The notes under the pieces: model-generated
Told to the model about the DNA's origin: nothing
What the model saw: only the letters and a program-made list of their open reading frames with translations
The model's database searches: none
Shown here: piece after piece, positions 28,269 to 37,282 of the stretch
Position numbering within the stretch: the stretch's first letter is position 1
Layout: every line of letters begins with the position of its first letter
Translations under genes and position numbers: made by a program
Source of the DNA: an archaeon
GTDB lineage: Archaea > Iainarchaeota > Iainarchaeia > Iainarchaeales > 0-14-0-20-34-12
Direction of reading: 5' to 3'
Length of the DNA: 59,886 nucleotides
NCBI GenBank assembly: GCA_038046645.1
Contig: JBBSVU010000005.1
Location: 1-59,886 of the forward strand

Positions 28269-28919
28269 TCAAAACAATTTTGTCTGATACTTGCGGTTCA
28301 AAATAGCATCTGTTGTACTCCATTTTTTTCTTACGATATCCGGCAATTTGTCATTTTTGTCCAAAAAATCCTTAATGAATTTAATAGTTCTTTCATCATG
28401 CGGGTAGCCTGTTCCAAAATTACCATACTTTTTGTGCATTTCTTCAATTTCATTGTCTCTTTCAACCTTTGCAAGTATGCTTGCAGCCCCGACAACAACA
28501 TAATTGAAATCTGCCTTGTGCTCGCTTTTGATATTTATCTTGAAACTTAAATATCTCTTGATTCTTTCAGCATAATTGCTTTCTAAAGTATCTGGGGAAT
28601 CCGCAAGCACAATATTTGGCTTTATTTTCAGCTGATTTATAAGAATTGCTGCTTTCATTGCTTCGATTTCATTCAATGAATGCCTATTCATTAAAGAATC
28701 AATTTCATTTGCAGGGATTTTTATTGTATAGTATTCTTTTGCAAGCTTTTTGACTTCAGGATAAAGTTTTTCTCTTACTTCTTTTTCAAGCAATTTTGAA
28801 TCTTTTACGCCTATCTCAATCAGTTCCTCTTCCTTATCCTTGTCTATGCTGACAAGCCCAATAACTAATGGGCCAATGCAGGGCCCTCTTCCTGCTTCAT
28901 CAATGCCTGCAATTATCAT
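28269..28919 (-). CDS. rnhB: Ribonuclease HII
   Basis: IAGIDEAGRGPCIGP, VKDSK, LNEIE, HKAD, GAASILAKVERD and GTGYP. Confidence 0.96.
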   Translation of the reverse strand: MIIAGIDEAGRGPCIGPLVIGLVSIDKDKEEELIEIGVKDSKLLEKEVREKLYPEVKKLAKEYYTIKIPANEIDSLMNRHSLNEIEAMKAAILINQLKIKPNIVLADSPDTLESNYAERIKRYLSFKINIKSEHKADFNYVVVGAASILAKVERDNEIEEMHKKYGNFGTGYPHDERTIKFIKDFLDKNDKLPDIVRKKWSTTDAILNRKYQTKLF

Positions 28920-29025
28920 ACTTATCATTACGTAAATTAATATTAATAAACAGAATTGAATAAATTCACTTACCTTTATTAAGAGCTTCTAGCAGCGTTA
29001 TTTTAATGCTGATTTGAATGCCTAT

Positions 29026-29331
29026 TTATTTTATTCTGGTTAATCCCCTGTTTATGCAATCCACTGATTTGTCGCAGGTTTTGCATTCATCCATGACATC
29101 CCTGCAGGTCATCTTGTTTTCAATTGCCAGATTCATTTCTGCGCTTGAGCTATCATCCCTTCTCATCCTATTATGAAGTTCTGCGTAGAAATTCTGCAAC
29201 TCGAGGACACCATCTACAGCTTTTGCTTTCTCATCATCCTTATTCTTTATGCTCTTCCTTGCATGGCATAAGAGGCAATTTCTTTTTGCAGCTCTTATTG
29301 TCATGTCTGTATTATACTCAGATATATCCAT
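29026..29331 (-). CDS. Small Cys-containing hypothetical protein
   Basis: 101 aa with two CxxC pairs and no signal peptide. Confidence 0.6.
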   Translation of the reverse strand: MDISEYNTDMTIRAAKRNCLLCHARKSIKNKDDEKAKAVDGVLELQNFYAELHNRMRRDDSSSAEMNLAIENKMTCRDVMDECKTCDKSVDCINRGLTRIK

Positions 29332-29455
29332 GTTACCCCTCTGCAGCTTTCGGCTGCATACTAATATACATCAAAATTAGTTTAATAAAGGTTATTTTAG
29401 GGGAAGGTTTAAAAATAGGGGAAAACGGCTGGAAAATTAATAAAAATAAGATAGA

Positions 29456-29490
29456 AAAAAATAAGAAAAAGAGAAGGGATTACCCCTTCT
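29456..29490 (-). terminator. Hairpin plus T-rich tail downstream of paralog 3
   Basis: agaaggga-tta-ccccttct. Nearly identical to 21568-21602. Confidence 0.65.
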
Positions 29491-29500
29491 GAAGACTATT

Positions 29501-30328
29501 TTACTTTCTTAACGTTATTACCTTTATTACTTCAATTCCGTCATCTGTGGTTGTTAATTCTCCAAATTGGACTATCCATGGATAATTAGCAGGTATTAAC
29601 TGATTCGGTAATTTAAATTTTTTCTTATCCTCTAAAAATATTTGCTTTTTTGAAGCATTAGGTATGATCATTGCATAATCCGCTGTAGCTGTATTTTTTT
29701 TGACATCGTTCACGTAGAAGGTAGTTCCTTTTAAATCAAAGTATTCAAAACCGCCGGCCATAACTGTTTTTACATCTAATGTTTTGGTCTCTGTTTTATC
29801 CAGTATTGTAAATTTTACTGAGTAAGGCGGATAAAGATCACTTTTATACTCATTATCTACAAAATCAGTTACTTCAATAACAACGGGTGTTTTCTTGCTT
29901 AAATTATTTTGAGTCAGATATAATGACAATCCTTTTATTTTATCCCCTTTTTTGTATTTCTTGGCTTGTTTTGGGTCAAGTAATCCTATTTTTGATATCT
30001 TAGAGCTTTGTGTAGTAACCAAACTCCCATTAATTGAATATAGAAGATAGTCTTTGCCTAACAAAGGCACAGTAATTAAACTAACCATGTTTTTAATATA
30101 TTTTAGGGGTATGCCAAAATTAGTGCCAATAAAATAGGAAATGTCTCCATTGTCTTGTAATGTTATCGTTTCGGTTATCACGGCATCTTTAATTATGTTG
30201 TAATTGCCCAATCCATATCCTTGAATTAGTACTTTATTCGACAAGCTAAATGCATTGTCTGAATATGCATTTAAACTTAAAAATAAAATAAACATTAATG
30301 AAATAAAAACAATATTTCTAATTTTCAT
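29501..30328 (-). CDS. Secreted S-layer-like protein, paralog 3
   Basis: MKIRNIVFISL signal peptide, ITVPLLG motif, C-terminal WIVQFG...EVIKVITLRK. Confidence 0.7.
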   Translation of the reverse strand: MKIRNIVFISLMFILFLSLNAYSDNAFSLSNKVLIQGYGLGNYNIIKDAVITETITLQDNGDISYFIGTNFGIPLKYIKNMVSLITVPLLGKDYLLYSINGSLVTTQSSKISKIGLLDPKQAKKYKKGDKIKGLSLYLTQNNLSKKTPVVIEVTDFVDNEYKSDLYPPYSVKFTILDKTETKTLDVKTVMAGGFEYFDLKGTTFYVNDVKKNTATADYAMIIPNASKKQIFLEDKKKFKLPNQLIPANYPWIVQFGELTTTDDGIEVIKVITLRK

Positions 30329-30337
30329 TTTAGTTCC

Positions 30338-30410
30338 CTCCATTTTTTTAATTTGATTGTGTTATATAATGAAGAATTAAGAGCGGTATATATATATATA
30401 TATCGCTTAA
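30338..30410 (-). promoter_or_regulatory. Conserved leader/promoter with a longer (TA)n tract
   Basis: Copy of 22441-22507, but with a 17-nt TA tract (30387-30403). Confidence 0.8.
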
Positions 30411-30435
30411 TTAAAAAATGGAAATAAGCGGAAAG

Positions 30436-30786
30436 TTAAATATTGTACAATTCCCGGATTTTTTGTTTTACTTCATTCATTTTATTGGCATTTATTTTGT
30501 CAGGCCTAGCTACAATATTTTCTTTTACAATTACAACTGGAAAATCTGCCATAATTGTGCTATCAGTTTTTAGTGTCTTGTTGGCAGTATCTTTATTGGT
30601 AAGGGAAATATCAAATTTGGTATCGCTTCCATGTGATGTTACTTTTAATACAATAATATCTTCTGAATTTTTATTATAACTGCTATTGCTAATCACTAAA
30701 GCAAGGCGTCTTTTTGCCCCAACTTGCTCAGCAAATAAGATATCTGCAACAATCAATTCGCCCTGTTCAATATTCAATGAGCTCAT
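30436..30786 (-). CDS. PemK/MazF family toxin
   Basis: GELIVADILF...AKRRLALVISNSSYN...DIIVLKVTS. Confidence 0.85.
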   Translation of the reverse strand: MSSLNIEQGELIVADILFAEQVGAKRRLALVISNSSYNKNSEDIIVLKVTSHGSDTKFDISLTNKDTANKTLKTDSTIMADFPVVIVKENIVARPDKINANKMNEVKQKIRELYNI

Positions 30787-30970
30787 CTGCCTCATCCCAA
30801 TTGTCTAATGCATGTTTTAGTGCATACTTTCTCCATGAATCTTTTTGTGGAGCAATTTCTCTAACTTTTTTTACTATTGCTTGCCTTGCTATTTCGCTCC
30901 ATCTTATTTCATTATGTTGCTTCATTATTCCATGGACCTGTTCAGGAATTGCGATAGTCATGTTGACCAT
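30767..30970 (-). CDS. Ribbon-helix-helix antitoxin
   Basis: MVNMTIAIPEQVH...IRWSEIARQAI. Lies directly upstream of the toxin and overlaps it. Confidence 0.8.
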   Translation of the reverse strand: MVNMTIAIPEQVHGIMKQHNEIRWSEIARQAIVKKVREIAPQKDSWRKYALKHALDNWDEADELIEY

Positions 30971-31063
30971 TGAATCACCTTAAATAAGTATAATAAGTAA
31001 AATATTTAAATGAATTAGTTATTGAATGCTTAATTAAAAAAATAAGAAAAAGAAGCAGCAAAA

Positions 31064-31984
31064 TTATGCTGCCACATCAATCTTCAATTCCTTTCTTAAT
31101 TCCCTATACCTATTCCTGATTGTTACTTCTGTAACACCAGCAACATTTGCAACTTCCTTCTGTGTCCTTCTTTCATCCTTCAGCAATCCTGCAATATACA
31201 CTGCGGCTGCCGCGACTCCAGTTGGGCCTCTCCCACTGATCAATCCTTTCTTGATTGCATCCTCAATTATTTCGCGGCCTTTTTCTTGGACTTCTCCGCT
31301 TAGATTTAGCTCAGCTGCAAATCTAGGAATATAGTGAATCGGGTTTGTCATTGGGATTTCCAATTTCAATTCCCTTACTAAAAATCTGTATGTTCTTCCA
31401 ATCTCTTTTTTTGTCAATCCAGAGGCTTCTGCCATTTCATTTAAGGTTCTTGGCACATGGTAGATCCTGCAAATAGTGTAGAGGATAGCTGCAACAACAG
31501 CTTCAATTAATCTTCCCCTAATTAACCCTTTTTCTACAGTCTTCCTGTAAAGCAATGCACCAGCTTCAACCAATGATTCTGGAATGTTCAAATAGGAAGC
31601 GATCCTTCTTAATTCTGTTAATGCAATGCTCAAATTTCTTTGCATTGAAGAACTGACTGAAGCTCTTTTGTGCCATTTTACCAAACGATACATCTGAGCC
31701 TTATTTCTTGTGGATAATTTATCCCCGCGTAAGTCTCTTCCCCTTCTGTCAATCATTGTTACTAATCCTTTATTCAATTTGACATATTTCTTTGGAGAAC
31801 CAGTTCTTGCAACTTCATCAAACTGATCTGAATCAAAACTTCTCCATTCTTTTCCCATATCTACTATGTCTTCACTTAATACTAATCCACATTTTTCGCA
31901 GATTATTTCCCCTTTTGAATCATCTCTTCTGATTCTATTGGACCCACATTCAGGACATTTTGTAGCCAAAAAATCACCAACCAT
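31064..31984 (-). CDS. tfb: Transcription initiation factor IIB
   Basis: Zn ribbon CPEC...CEKCG, EWRSF, and two cyclin repeats ending in VTEVTIRNRY. Confidence 0.98.
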   Translation of the reverse strand: MVGDFLATKCPECGSNRIRRDDSKGEIICEKCGLVLSEDIVDMGKEWRSFDSDQFDEVARTGSPKKYVKLNKGLVTMIDRRGRDLRGDKLSTRNKAQMYRLVKWHKRASVSSSMQRNLSIALTELRRIASYLNIPESLVEAGALLYRKTVEKGLIRGRLIEAVVAAILYTICRIYHVPRTLNEMAEASGLTKKEIGRTYRFLVRELKLEIPMTNPIHYIPRFAAELNLSGEVQEKGREIIEDAIKKGLISGRGPTGVAAAAVYIAGLLKDERRTQKEVANVAGVTEVTIRNRYRELRKELKIDVAA

Positions 31985-32115
31985 TAAATACGTGCCTTAC
32001 TCTCCAGTTAACATCAAAAGTTAAAATAAGAAAACAGCATCTATATAAATACCCCTACCAGGTTATATTTAAATACTTGCCTTTTTATGTATAAATAGAT
32101 TTTAGAGGTAAAAGT

Positions 32116-32454
32116 TCAACGAGCGTAGGGATTACCCTCTAATTCCCTTGTTTTCTTCATTTCTTCCATTTTTGTCTTGTATTTCCTGAACTCATCCCAG
32201 ATCTCTTTTCCTGCCTTTCCCCTAAGAAGTTTTACTATGACCTGTTTTGGGGGGGAAGGTCCATTTGTAACTATGGGATAATAATCAACAATAGCATAAT
32301 CCCCAACTTTTATGTGCTCGGCAATTGAATCCTCTACTTTAAGGATAAATCTTACTTCGTCCCACATTTCAACCATTGCTTGCACAATATTGTCTGAAGA
32401 AATAGTTTCTTTGTCCTTTTTAATGACCTTTAAAACATGGCCTATATGGTACAT
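32116..32454 (-). CDS. Hypothetical protein (beta-rich)
   Basis: 112-aa ORF, co-oriented between rps8e and tfb. Confidence 0.7.
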   Translation of the reverse strand: MYHIGHVLKVIKKDKETISSDNIVQAMVEMWDEVRFILKVEDSIAEHIKVGDYAIVDYYPIVTNGPSPPKQVIVKLLRGKAGKEIWDEFRKYKTKMEEMKKTRELEGNPYAR

Positions 32455-32475
32455 AAAATCATCTCAAATTAAATT

Positions 32476-33054
32476 TTATTTCTTGTGTGTTTTTGCAGGC
32501 TTTTTTTCCTTATGCCCTTTTTCTTCAGGCTTTTCTTCCTTAGCTGCATGGTGTTCTTCCTTGTGCTCCTGCTCTTTCTTTGCTTCAGCGTGCTTTTCCT
32601 CTGATTTCTTGCTTTTCTTTAATCCTTTTTTGGTTTCAAGAGCACTTATTTCTGCTTCTTTTAAGAATACCCCTTGCGCAACTCCGCTCTGGCCAGGCCT
32701 GCTTGTTATCTTTACAAGAATCTTTTTCCCATTCATCAAGCCTTCAATCAATGCGCCTTTAGTAACAATCTGCATCCTAGCATAATGCCTGTTTGCAGTA
32801 TTCTCTAAAACATTCTTTAATTCGACCTTATGCACTTTTCCTTTATCATCAGAAACATTTGCAAATTTAACTTCCCTTAATTTTACCTTGGTTGTATTTC
32901 CTCTTCCCTTTACAACCTTTCTTTTTTCTTCTGCTGAAAGCTTGGTGTGTGAAAATTCGCCACCGCGCCAAGCTAATTTTTTATCACTTCGCCTGAGTGA
33001 ATACCTTAATCCGCCAGTTGATTTTCTTTTTGATTTCATGTGCCATTGAGTCAT
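32476..33054 (-). CDS. rps8e: 30S ribosomal protein S8e with a K/E/H-rich C-terminal tail
   Basis: WHMKSKRKSTGG, RGNTTKVKL, VTKGALIE and VKITSRPGQSG. Confidence 0.96.
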   Translation of the reverse strand: MTQWHMKSKRKSTGGLRYSLRRSDKKLAWRGGEFSHTKLSAEEKRKVVKGRGNTTKVKLREVKFANVSDDKGKVHKVELKNVLENTANRHYARMQIVTKGALIEGLMNGKKILVKITSRPGQSGVAQGVFLKEAEISALETKKGLKKSKKSEEKHAEAKKEQEHKEEHHAAKEEKPEEKGHKEKKPAKTHKK

Positions 33055-33172
33055 CTTTCACACCATTAAAATTTAATTTTAGCAAATAAAAATAACAATC
33101 CTTAATTAGGATTTATAATTAATATTAAAACCCTGAGATAAGTATTAAAAGCTATCTTCTTATGGGCTGTTT

Positions 33173-34483
33173 TCAAGTATACACTATTTTGGTCCTTTTT
33201 GTTATCTCTCCCCGTAAATTCTGGGCAAGCATCACTTTTGCTTCTTCTTTCTTGAAGTTTCCTAATAACCAGCTTAATTTTATGAATGCTGTTTCAGGGA
33301 TCATGTCTTCACAGTAAATCACGCCAGCATTTTTTATCTTTCTTGCAGTAGAATACACAGCACTGTGCACTCTCCCATATAAACATTGTGAAGTCATCGC
33401 AACAATGCAGCCGGATTTTGTAAGTTCCTGCAATGCTTTGAGATTTTTTGCATTTTCGCCATTTATTGCAATATGCCCTAACCCAGTCCCTTCAATTACT
33501 AATCCAGCATACTTCTGCTTTTTGTAAAAAAGAATTTCTTCAGTGCTCAATCCAGGATGGGTTTTTAAAATTCCCACTTTTTTCTCGAATTTATTTTTGC
33601 ATACAACTTTCCTTTCAGCCCTTTTTGGATAATTCTTCTTCAGGAAATGTATCTGCCTTTTTAAATAGTCCACCCTTGCGATAGGCACATAATTTATTGG
33701 TTTAAATGCATCCCTTTTGCTTGTGTGCATCTTCCTTGTTTTTGTAGCAGGCAGTATTACACAAAAATCGTCAGAAGTTGTTTCATGCATGCAGATTGCT
33801 ACACTTGAAAAATCGCTTTTTGCTATAAATTCTGTTGCACATATAAGATTCATGGCTACCTCGCTGCTCGGCCTGTCAGAACTTCTTTGCGCACCGACAA
33901 GGATAACAGGAATAGGCAAGCCTTCAAGCGCAAAGGCCATTGCTGAAGCAGAATAATGCATTGTGTCCGTACCGTGCGTTATAATTATCCCATAAGCCCC
34001 GTTTTTTATCTCATTCTCAATTGCTTTGGCGAGTATGCTGTAATGTGAAAGAGTCATATCCTCAGAAAAAATATTAAAAACTGTCTGCGTTTTTATGTTT
34101 GCAATGCTGTTTAATTCAGGAACCATTTCAAGCAGGTCATTAGCATCAAATAAAGGTACTACCCCGCCGGTTTCATAATCAACTTTGCTTGCAATTGTGC
34201 CACCGCAATGCAATATTGTTATATTTGGCAAATTAGAGTTTTTCACATTTTGGATTATTTTCTTTTCTTTTGGTTCAACCTTGCCCAAATTTTTAATTCC
34301 TTCAACCTTGCTGATTTTAATCCCTATGTTATACCCGTTATTGAGTTTTAGGGTAAGTATCTCCTGTTTTTGTGAAGGCATAATTATGCCCTCATATGTG
34401 CTATCCTTTGTCTTAATCGAAGCTTTGCTCTTTTCTTCAATTTTGTATTTTTTAAGCAGCTCTTTATAGTCTTTCATTAGCAT
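33173..34483 (-). CDS. gatD: Glu-tRNA(Gln) amidotransferase subunit D
   Basis: N-terminal LKLNNGYNIG, CGGTIAS, HGTDT, GAQRSSDRPSS, RKMHTSKRDAF and MIPETAFIKLSW. Confidence 0.96.
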   Translation of the reverse strand: MLMKDYKELLKKYKIEEKSKASIKTKDSTYEGIIMPSQKQEILTLKLNNGYNIGIKISKVEGIKNLGKVEPKEKKIIQNVKNSNLPNITILHCGGTIASKVDYETGGVVPLFDANDLLEMVPELNSIANIKTQTVFNIFSEDMTLSHYSILAKAIENEIKNGAYGIIITHGTDTMHYSASAMAFALEGLPIPVILVGAQRSSDRPSSEVAMNLICATEFIAKSDFSSVAICMHETTSDDFCVILPATKTRKMHTSKRDAFKPINYVPIARVDYLKRQIHFLKKNYPKRAERKVVCKNKFEKKVGILKTHPGLSTEEILFYKKQKYAGLVIEGTGLGHIAINGENAKNLKALQELTKSGCIVAMTSQCLYGRVHSAVYSTARKIKNAGVIYCEDMIPETAFIKLSWLLGNFKKEEAKVMLAQNLRGEITKRTKIVYT

Positions 34484-34659
34484 CAGCGTGTCACATAATA
34501 TTTATGAACCCATTTAAACTATGCTTGTTTTTTTTTGATGTGACCCACTGCTATATAAAGCAATAATTGTTTTTAATCTAATCCTTGCTTTTTTAAGATT
34601 GTTGCTTAACGCAATATATAAAAACCTAATTAATATTAAATTTACTATTAATTTTACTA

Positions 34660-34953
34660 TTGATTGGTGATTTGTTGAAGCAATATGTGATGAATGTTGA
34701 GCCAGCACTCATAAAAAAGGTTGATTTGCTTGTGAAACAATTAGGGGAGTATTCTTCAAGAAATGATTTTATGCGGGATGCGATTCGTTCAAAGATTGCC
34801 GAATTTGAAAGAGCCCAAATTCGGAAAGATTTGAAAAAGCTGGCTAAGTTAGGCCTAGAACGAGGCTGGGATGGGGAAATGCCAACTCAAGAACAAAGAG
34901 ATAAAGCATTAAAAGAATTTATTAAAGAGAAAGGATTCTCAGTCGAGATTTGA
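34660..34953 (+). CDS. Ribbon-helix-helix (CopG-like) protein
   Basis: YVMNVEPALIKKVD...YSSRNDFMRDAIR. The exact start is uncertain. Confidence 0.75.
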   Translation: MIGDLLKQYVMNVEPALIKKVDLLVKQLGEYSSRNDFMRDAIRSKIAEFERAQIRKDLKKLAKLGLERGWDGEMPTQEQRDKALKEFIKEKGFSVEI

Positions 34954-35355
34954 AGGCTCTTTTATTTCAATAACCTCTTTTGCTGATTTAAAATCTTTTA
35001 TGTTGAATGTTAAAAAGATTGAACATTTGCTTTTTAGGGCAAGCACTAAATGAAGCGCATCAGTTGTATGAATGTCTTTGAAATTATTTTTAGCATTTAT
35101 TAAATCTATTTCAGTAGCATCAATAATTTCATACTGAATTTTTTTCTTTGAGAGTAATTCCAACACTTCTTGTTTTGAGTAATAACCATTCTTTTCTACT
35201 TCTTTAAAGAACCATTCGGACAAAATAAGCACATAGTTCTTAGGGCATTTTCTGAAGAAATCTTCAACATCTTGTGCCATTAACTTGAATCCTTTGCCTA
35301 ATTCACTTTTAATAAATGCGATAAATATGTTTGAATCTAAATAAATCCTTTGCAT
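34939..35355 (-). CDS. PIN-domain (VapC-like) protein
   Basis: IYLDSNIFI, E in FFKEV, TDALHLVLA and FLTFNIKDF. Confidence 0.85.
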   Translation of the reverse strand: MQRIYLDSNIFIAFIKSELGKGFKLMAQDVEDFFRKCPKNYVLILSEWFFKEVEKNGYYSKQEVLELLSKKKIQYEIIDATEIDLINAKNNFKDIHTTDALHLVLALKSKCSIFLTFNIKDFKSAKEVIEIKEPSNLD

Positions 35356-35412
35356 CTCTAACCAACCCTCTTTTAAATATTCAACAGATAATTATTTTTA
35401 AAGTGATGCATT

Positions 35413-36099
35413 ATGAAATTAGTTTCATTGTTTTCCGGAGGCAAAGATTCTACTTTTGCAATCCATAAGGCAAGGCGGGAAGGCCATGAAATTGTTTGCC
35501 TGCTTACTATGCTTTCAGAAAATGATGCTTCCTACATGTTCCATACTTCAAACATAAAAATTGCAGAATACTCTGCCGCTTGTTTGGATTTGCCGATTAT
35601 TTTTGCAGAAACAAAAGGGGAGAAAGAAAAAGAGCTCTCTGATTTGAGTGAAATATTGCATGATTTGAAAAAATCTATCGGCATTGAAGGTGTTTTGACC
35701 GGTGCGATTAAAAGCAATTACCAGAAAGAAAGGGTTGACAATATTTGTGAAAAATTAAATCTCAAATCAGTAGCCCCCTTGTGGCACACGGATGAAAGAA
35801 AACTGATTGAAGAAATGCTTGCAGAAGGATTTCAGATAATCTTTGTTGGGGTTGCAGCTGCTGGCTTGGATGAATCCTGGCTTGGCCGGATGCTGGATGA
35901 AGATTCTTTGAAGGATTTGATTGCATTGAATAAAAAATATGGTATTTCTATTGTTGGAGAAGGCGGTGAGACGGAGAGTTTTGTCTTAGACTGTCCGATA
36001 TTTAAAAAGAGTATTATAGTTTTAGAGGGTAAAAAGAAGTGGAATGGTATACGTGGCGAGTACGAAATAATACGAATTGAACTTAAGGGTAAGAGATGA
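35413..36099 (+). CDS. dph6: Diphthine-ammonia ligase (Dph6, PP-loop), 3' end apparently replaced
   Basis: SLFSGGKDS, SYMFH, GAIKSNYQ, PLWH and GEGGE. Confidence 0.92.
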   Translation: MKLVSLFSGGKDSTFAIHKARREGHEIVCLLTMLSENDASYMFHTSNIKIAEYSAACLDLPIIFAETKGEKEKELSDLSEILHDLKKSIGIEGVLTGAIKSNYQKERVDNICEKLNLKSVAPLWHTDERKLIEEMLAEGFQIIFVGVAAAGLDESWLGRMLDEDSLKDLIALNKKYGISIVGEGGETESFVLDCPIFKKSIIVLEGKKKWNGIRGEYEIIRIELKGKR

Positions 36100-37282
36100 T
36101 TTCGTATCTGCCGTATTCTACTTTTTTTATAAGTCCTTTTTTGTAATATCTGCTCATAAATGCTCTCGGAGATACATATCGCATTTTTTTCATTTCTTTT
36201 ACAAAATCTTTAACATAGAAAAAGCCATCTTCTGAAATTGTTTTAATAATATCAAAAGCAGAATATTGTGGGTTGTGAGCATTAAAGTATTTCATTTTTT
36301 TGCAGATTTCTTGTTTACTCTTGCTAATAAAATTGATTTCTTTTATAAATTTATCAATGTTGTTTGCATATATCAATAAAGTCCATCTTGCGCTATAAAA
36401 GCCCCTTCTTATTGAGGTTTTATTTATTCTTAATGCTTCGAATGTTAACTTGCTTTGAATATTGAAATAATGCTTTAAAAGCAAGTGTTCTCCTATAAGA
36501 GTTATTGGTGCGTAAGTAATTAACTTTGAATATATATTGGGATAGTCTTGTTTTAATTTGGCTATATAAATTCTTTCGCTTTCTTTGTATTTTAATTTTT
36601 CATTAATTAATTCGCTTATGTCTACACTTCGACTAAGTTTAATGTATCTTTTATTTTGTTTTCTGTTAAGAATGGGGCTGCCTTCCGCATCGAAAGCAAT
36701 TCTTAAATATTCTTTAGCAAACTCTTTCTTTTTTAGTATTATTCTTGGGATGTGTTCTGATATTGGGATCAAAAATCGTACGTTTGTAGGAGCTCTTGAT
36801 CTGGCAAAACCTTTATTTTCTTTACAAATGATTTTTTGCCCAAAAGACTTACCTAATAAATTAATAAGGCTTTTTTTAAATATTCTGTGAAATTCTTTTT
36901 CAGGACAGTGTATAGAGAACTCTGTTCTAGTCGATCCTTCTGAAACCATTAAAGAGTAGAGTCGAACATAATCAGAATTATCTAGTTTTATTGGAAAAGA
37001 TATTTTTACTTTGTTATTTTTCTTAATTGAAATGCTTCTGATCTTTTTCTCAATTGATTTGTTTTTTCCAAATTCAGTAAGTAATCTTCCAAGTTTTATT
37101 CTATCTCTTGCTCTTTTAATCTTTTTAGGAAAAGGAACTACCTCTAAGAGAGTTCCTTTAGGTAAATTCCACCAATTTGTTTCGTTGACTTTTGGAGATT
37201 CTTTTAAATATGTTTTGAAATCCCAATCTTTAAGTAGCATATTAACAATAAATAAACAAAATTAATATAAACCTTTTTAGCA
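35965..37282. mobile_element. Homing-endonuclease cassette inserted in dph6, carrying a replacement 3' end
   Basis: Bounded by two colinear versions of the dph6 3' end (35965-36099 and 37283-37414). Encloses a LAGLIDADG-like ORF with its own TATA-like TTTATATT. Confidence 0.7.
36083..37240 (-). CDS. Free-standing double-motif LAGLIDADG homing-endonuclease-like protein
   Basis: Motif 1 LYSLMVSEGS, motif 2 YLRIAFDAEGS, C-terminal wHTH-like segment. No intein ends. Confidence 0.75.
   Translation of the reverse strand: MLLKDWDFKTYLKESPKVNETNWWNLPKGTLLEVVPFPKKIKRARDRIKLGRLLTEFGKNKSIEKKIRSISIKKNNKVKISFPIKLDNSDYVRLYSLMVSEGSTRTEFSIHCPEKEFHRIFKKSLINLLGKSFGQKIICKENKGFARSRAPTNVRFLIPISEHIPRIILKKKEFAKEYLRIAFDAEGSPILNRKQNKRYIKLSRSVDISELINEKLKYKESERIYIAKLKQDYPNIYSKLITYAPITLIGEHLLLKHYFNIQSKLTFEALRINKTSIRRGFYSARWTLLIYANNIDKFIKEINFISKSKQEICKKMKYFNAHNPQYSAFDIIKTISEDGFFYVKDFVKEMKKMRYVSPRAFMSRYYKKGLIKKVEYGRYEIISYP

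Noticed and set aside
29026-29331. c-type cytochrome call from the CLLCH motif
   Set aside because: There is no signal peptide or TM segment and no maturation genes nearby. A second CxxC suggests Zn binding instead.
35965-37282. Intein or spliced intron in dph6
   Set aside because: The endonuclease ORF is antisense and has no intein termini. dph6 is already complete without splicing, and splicing would join it to a tail containing a TAG.
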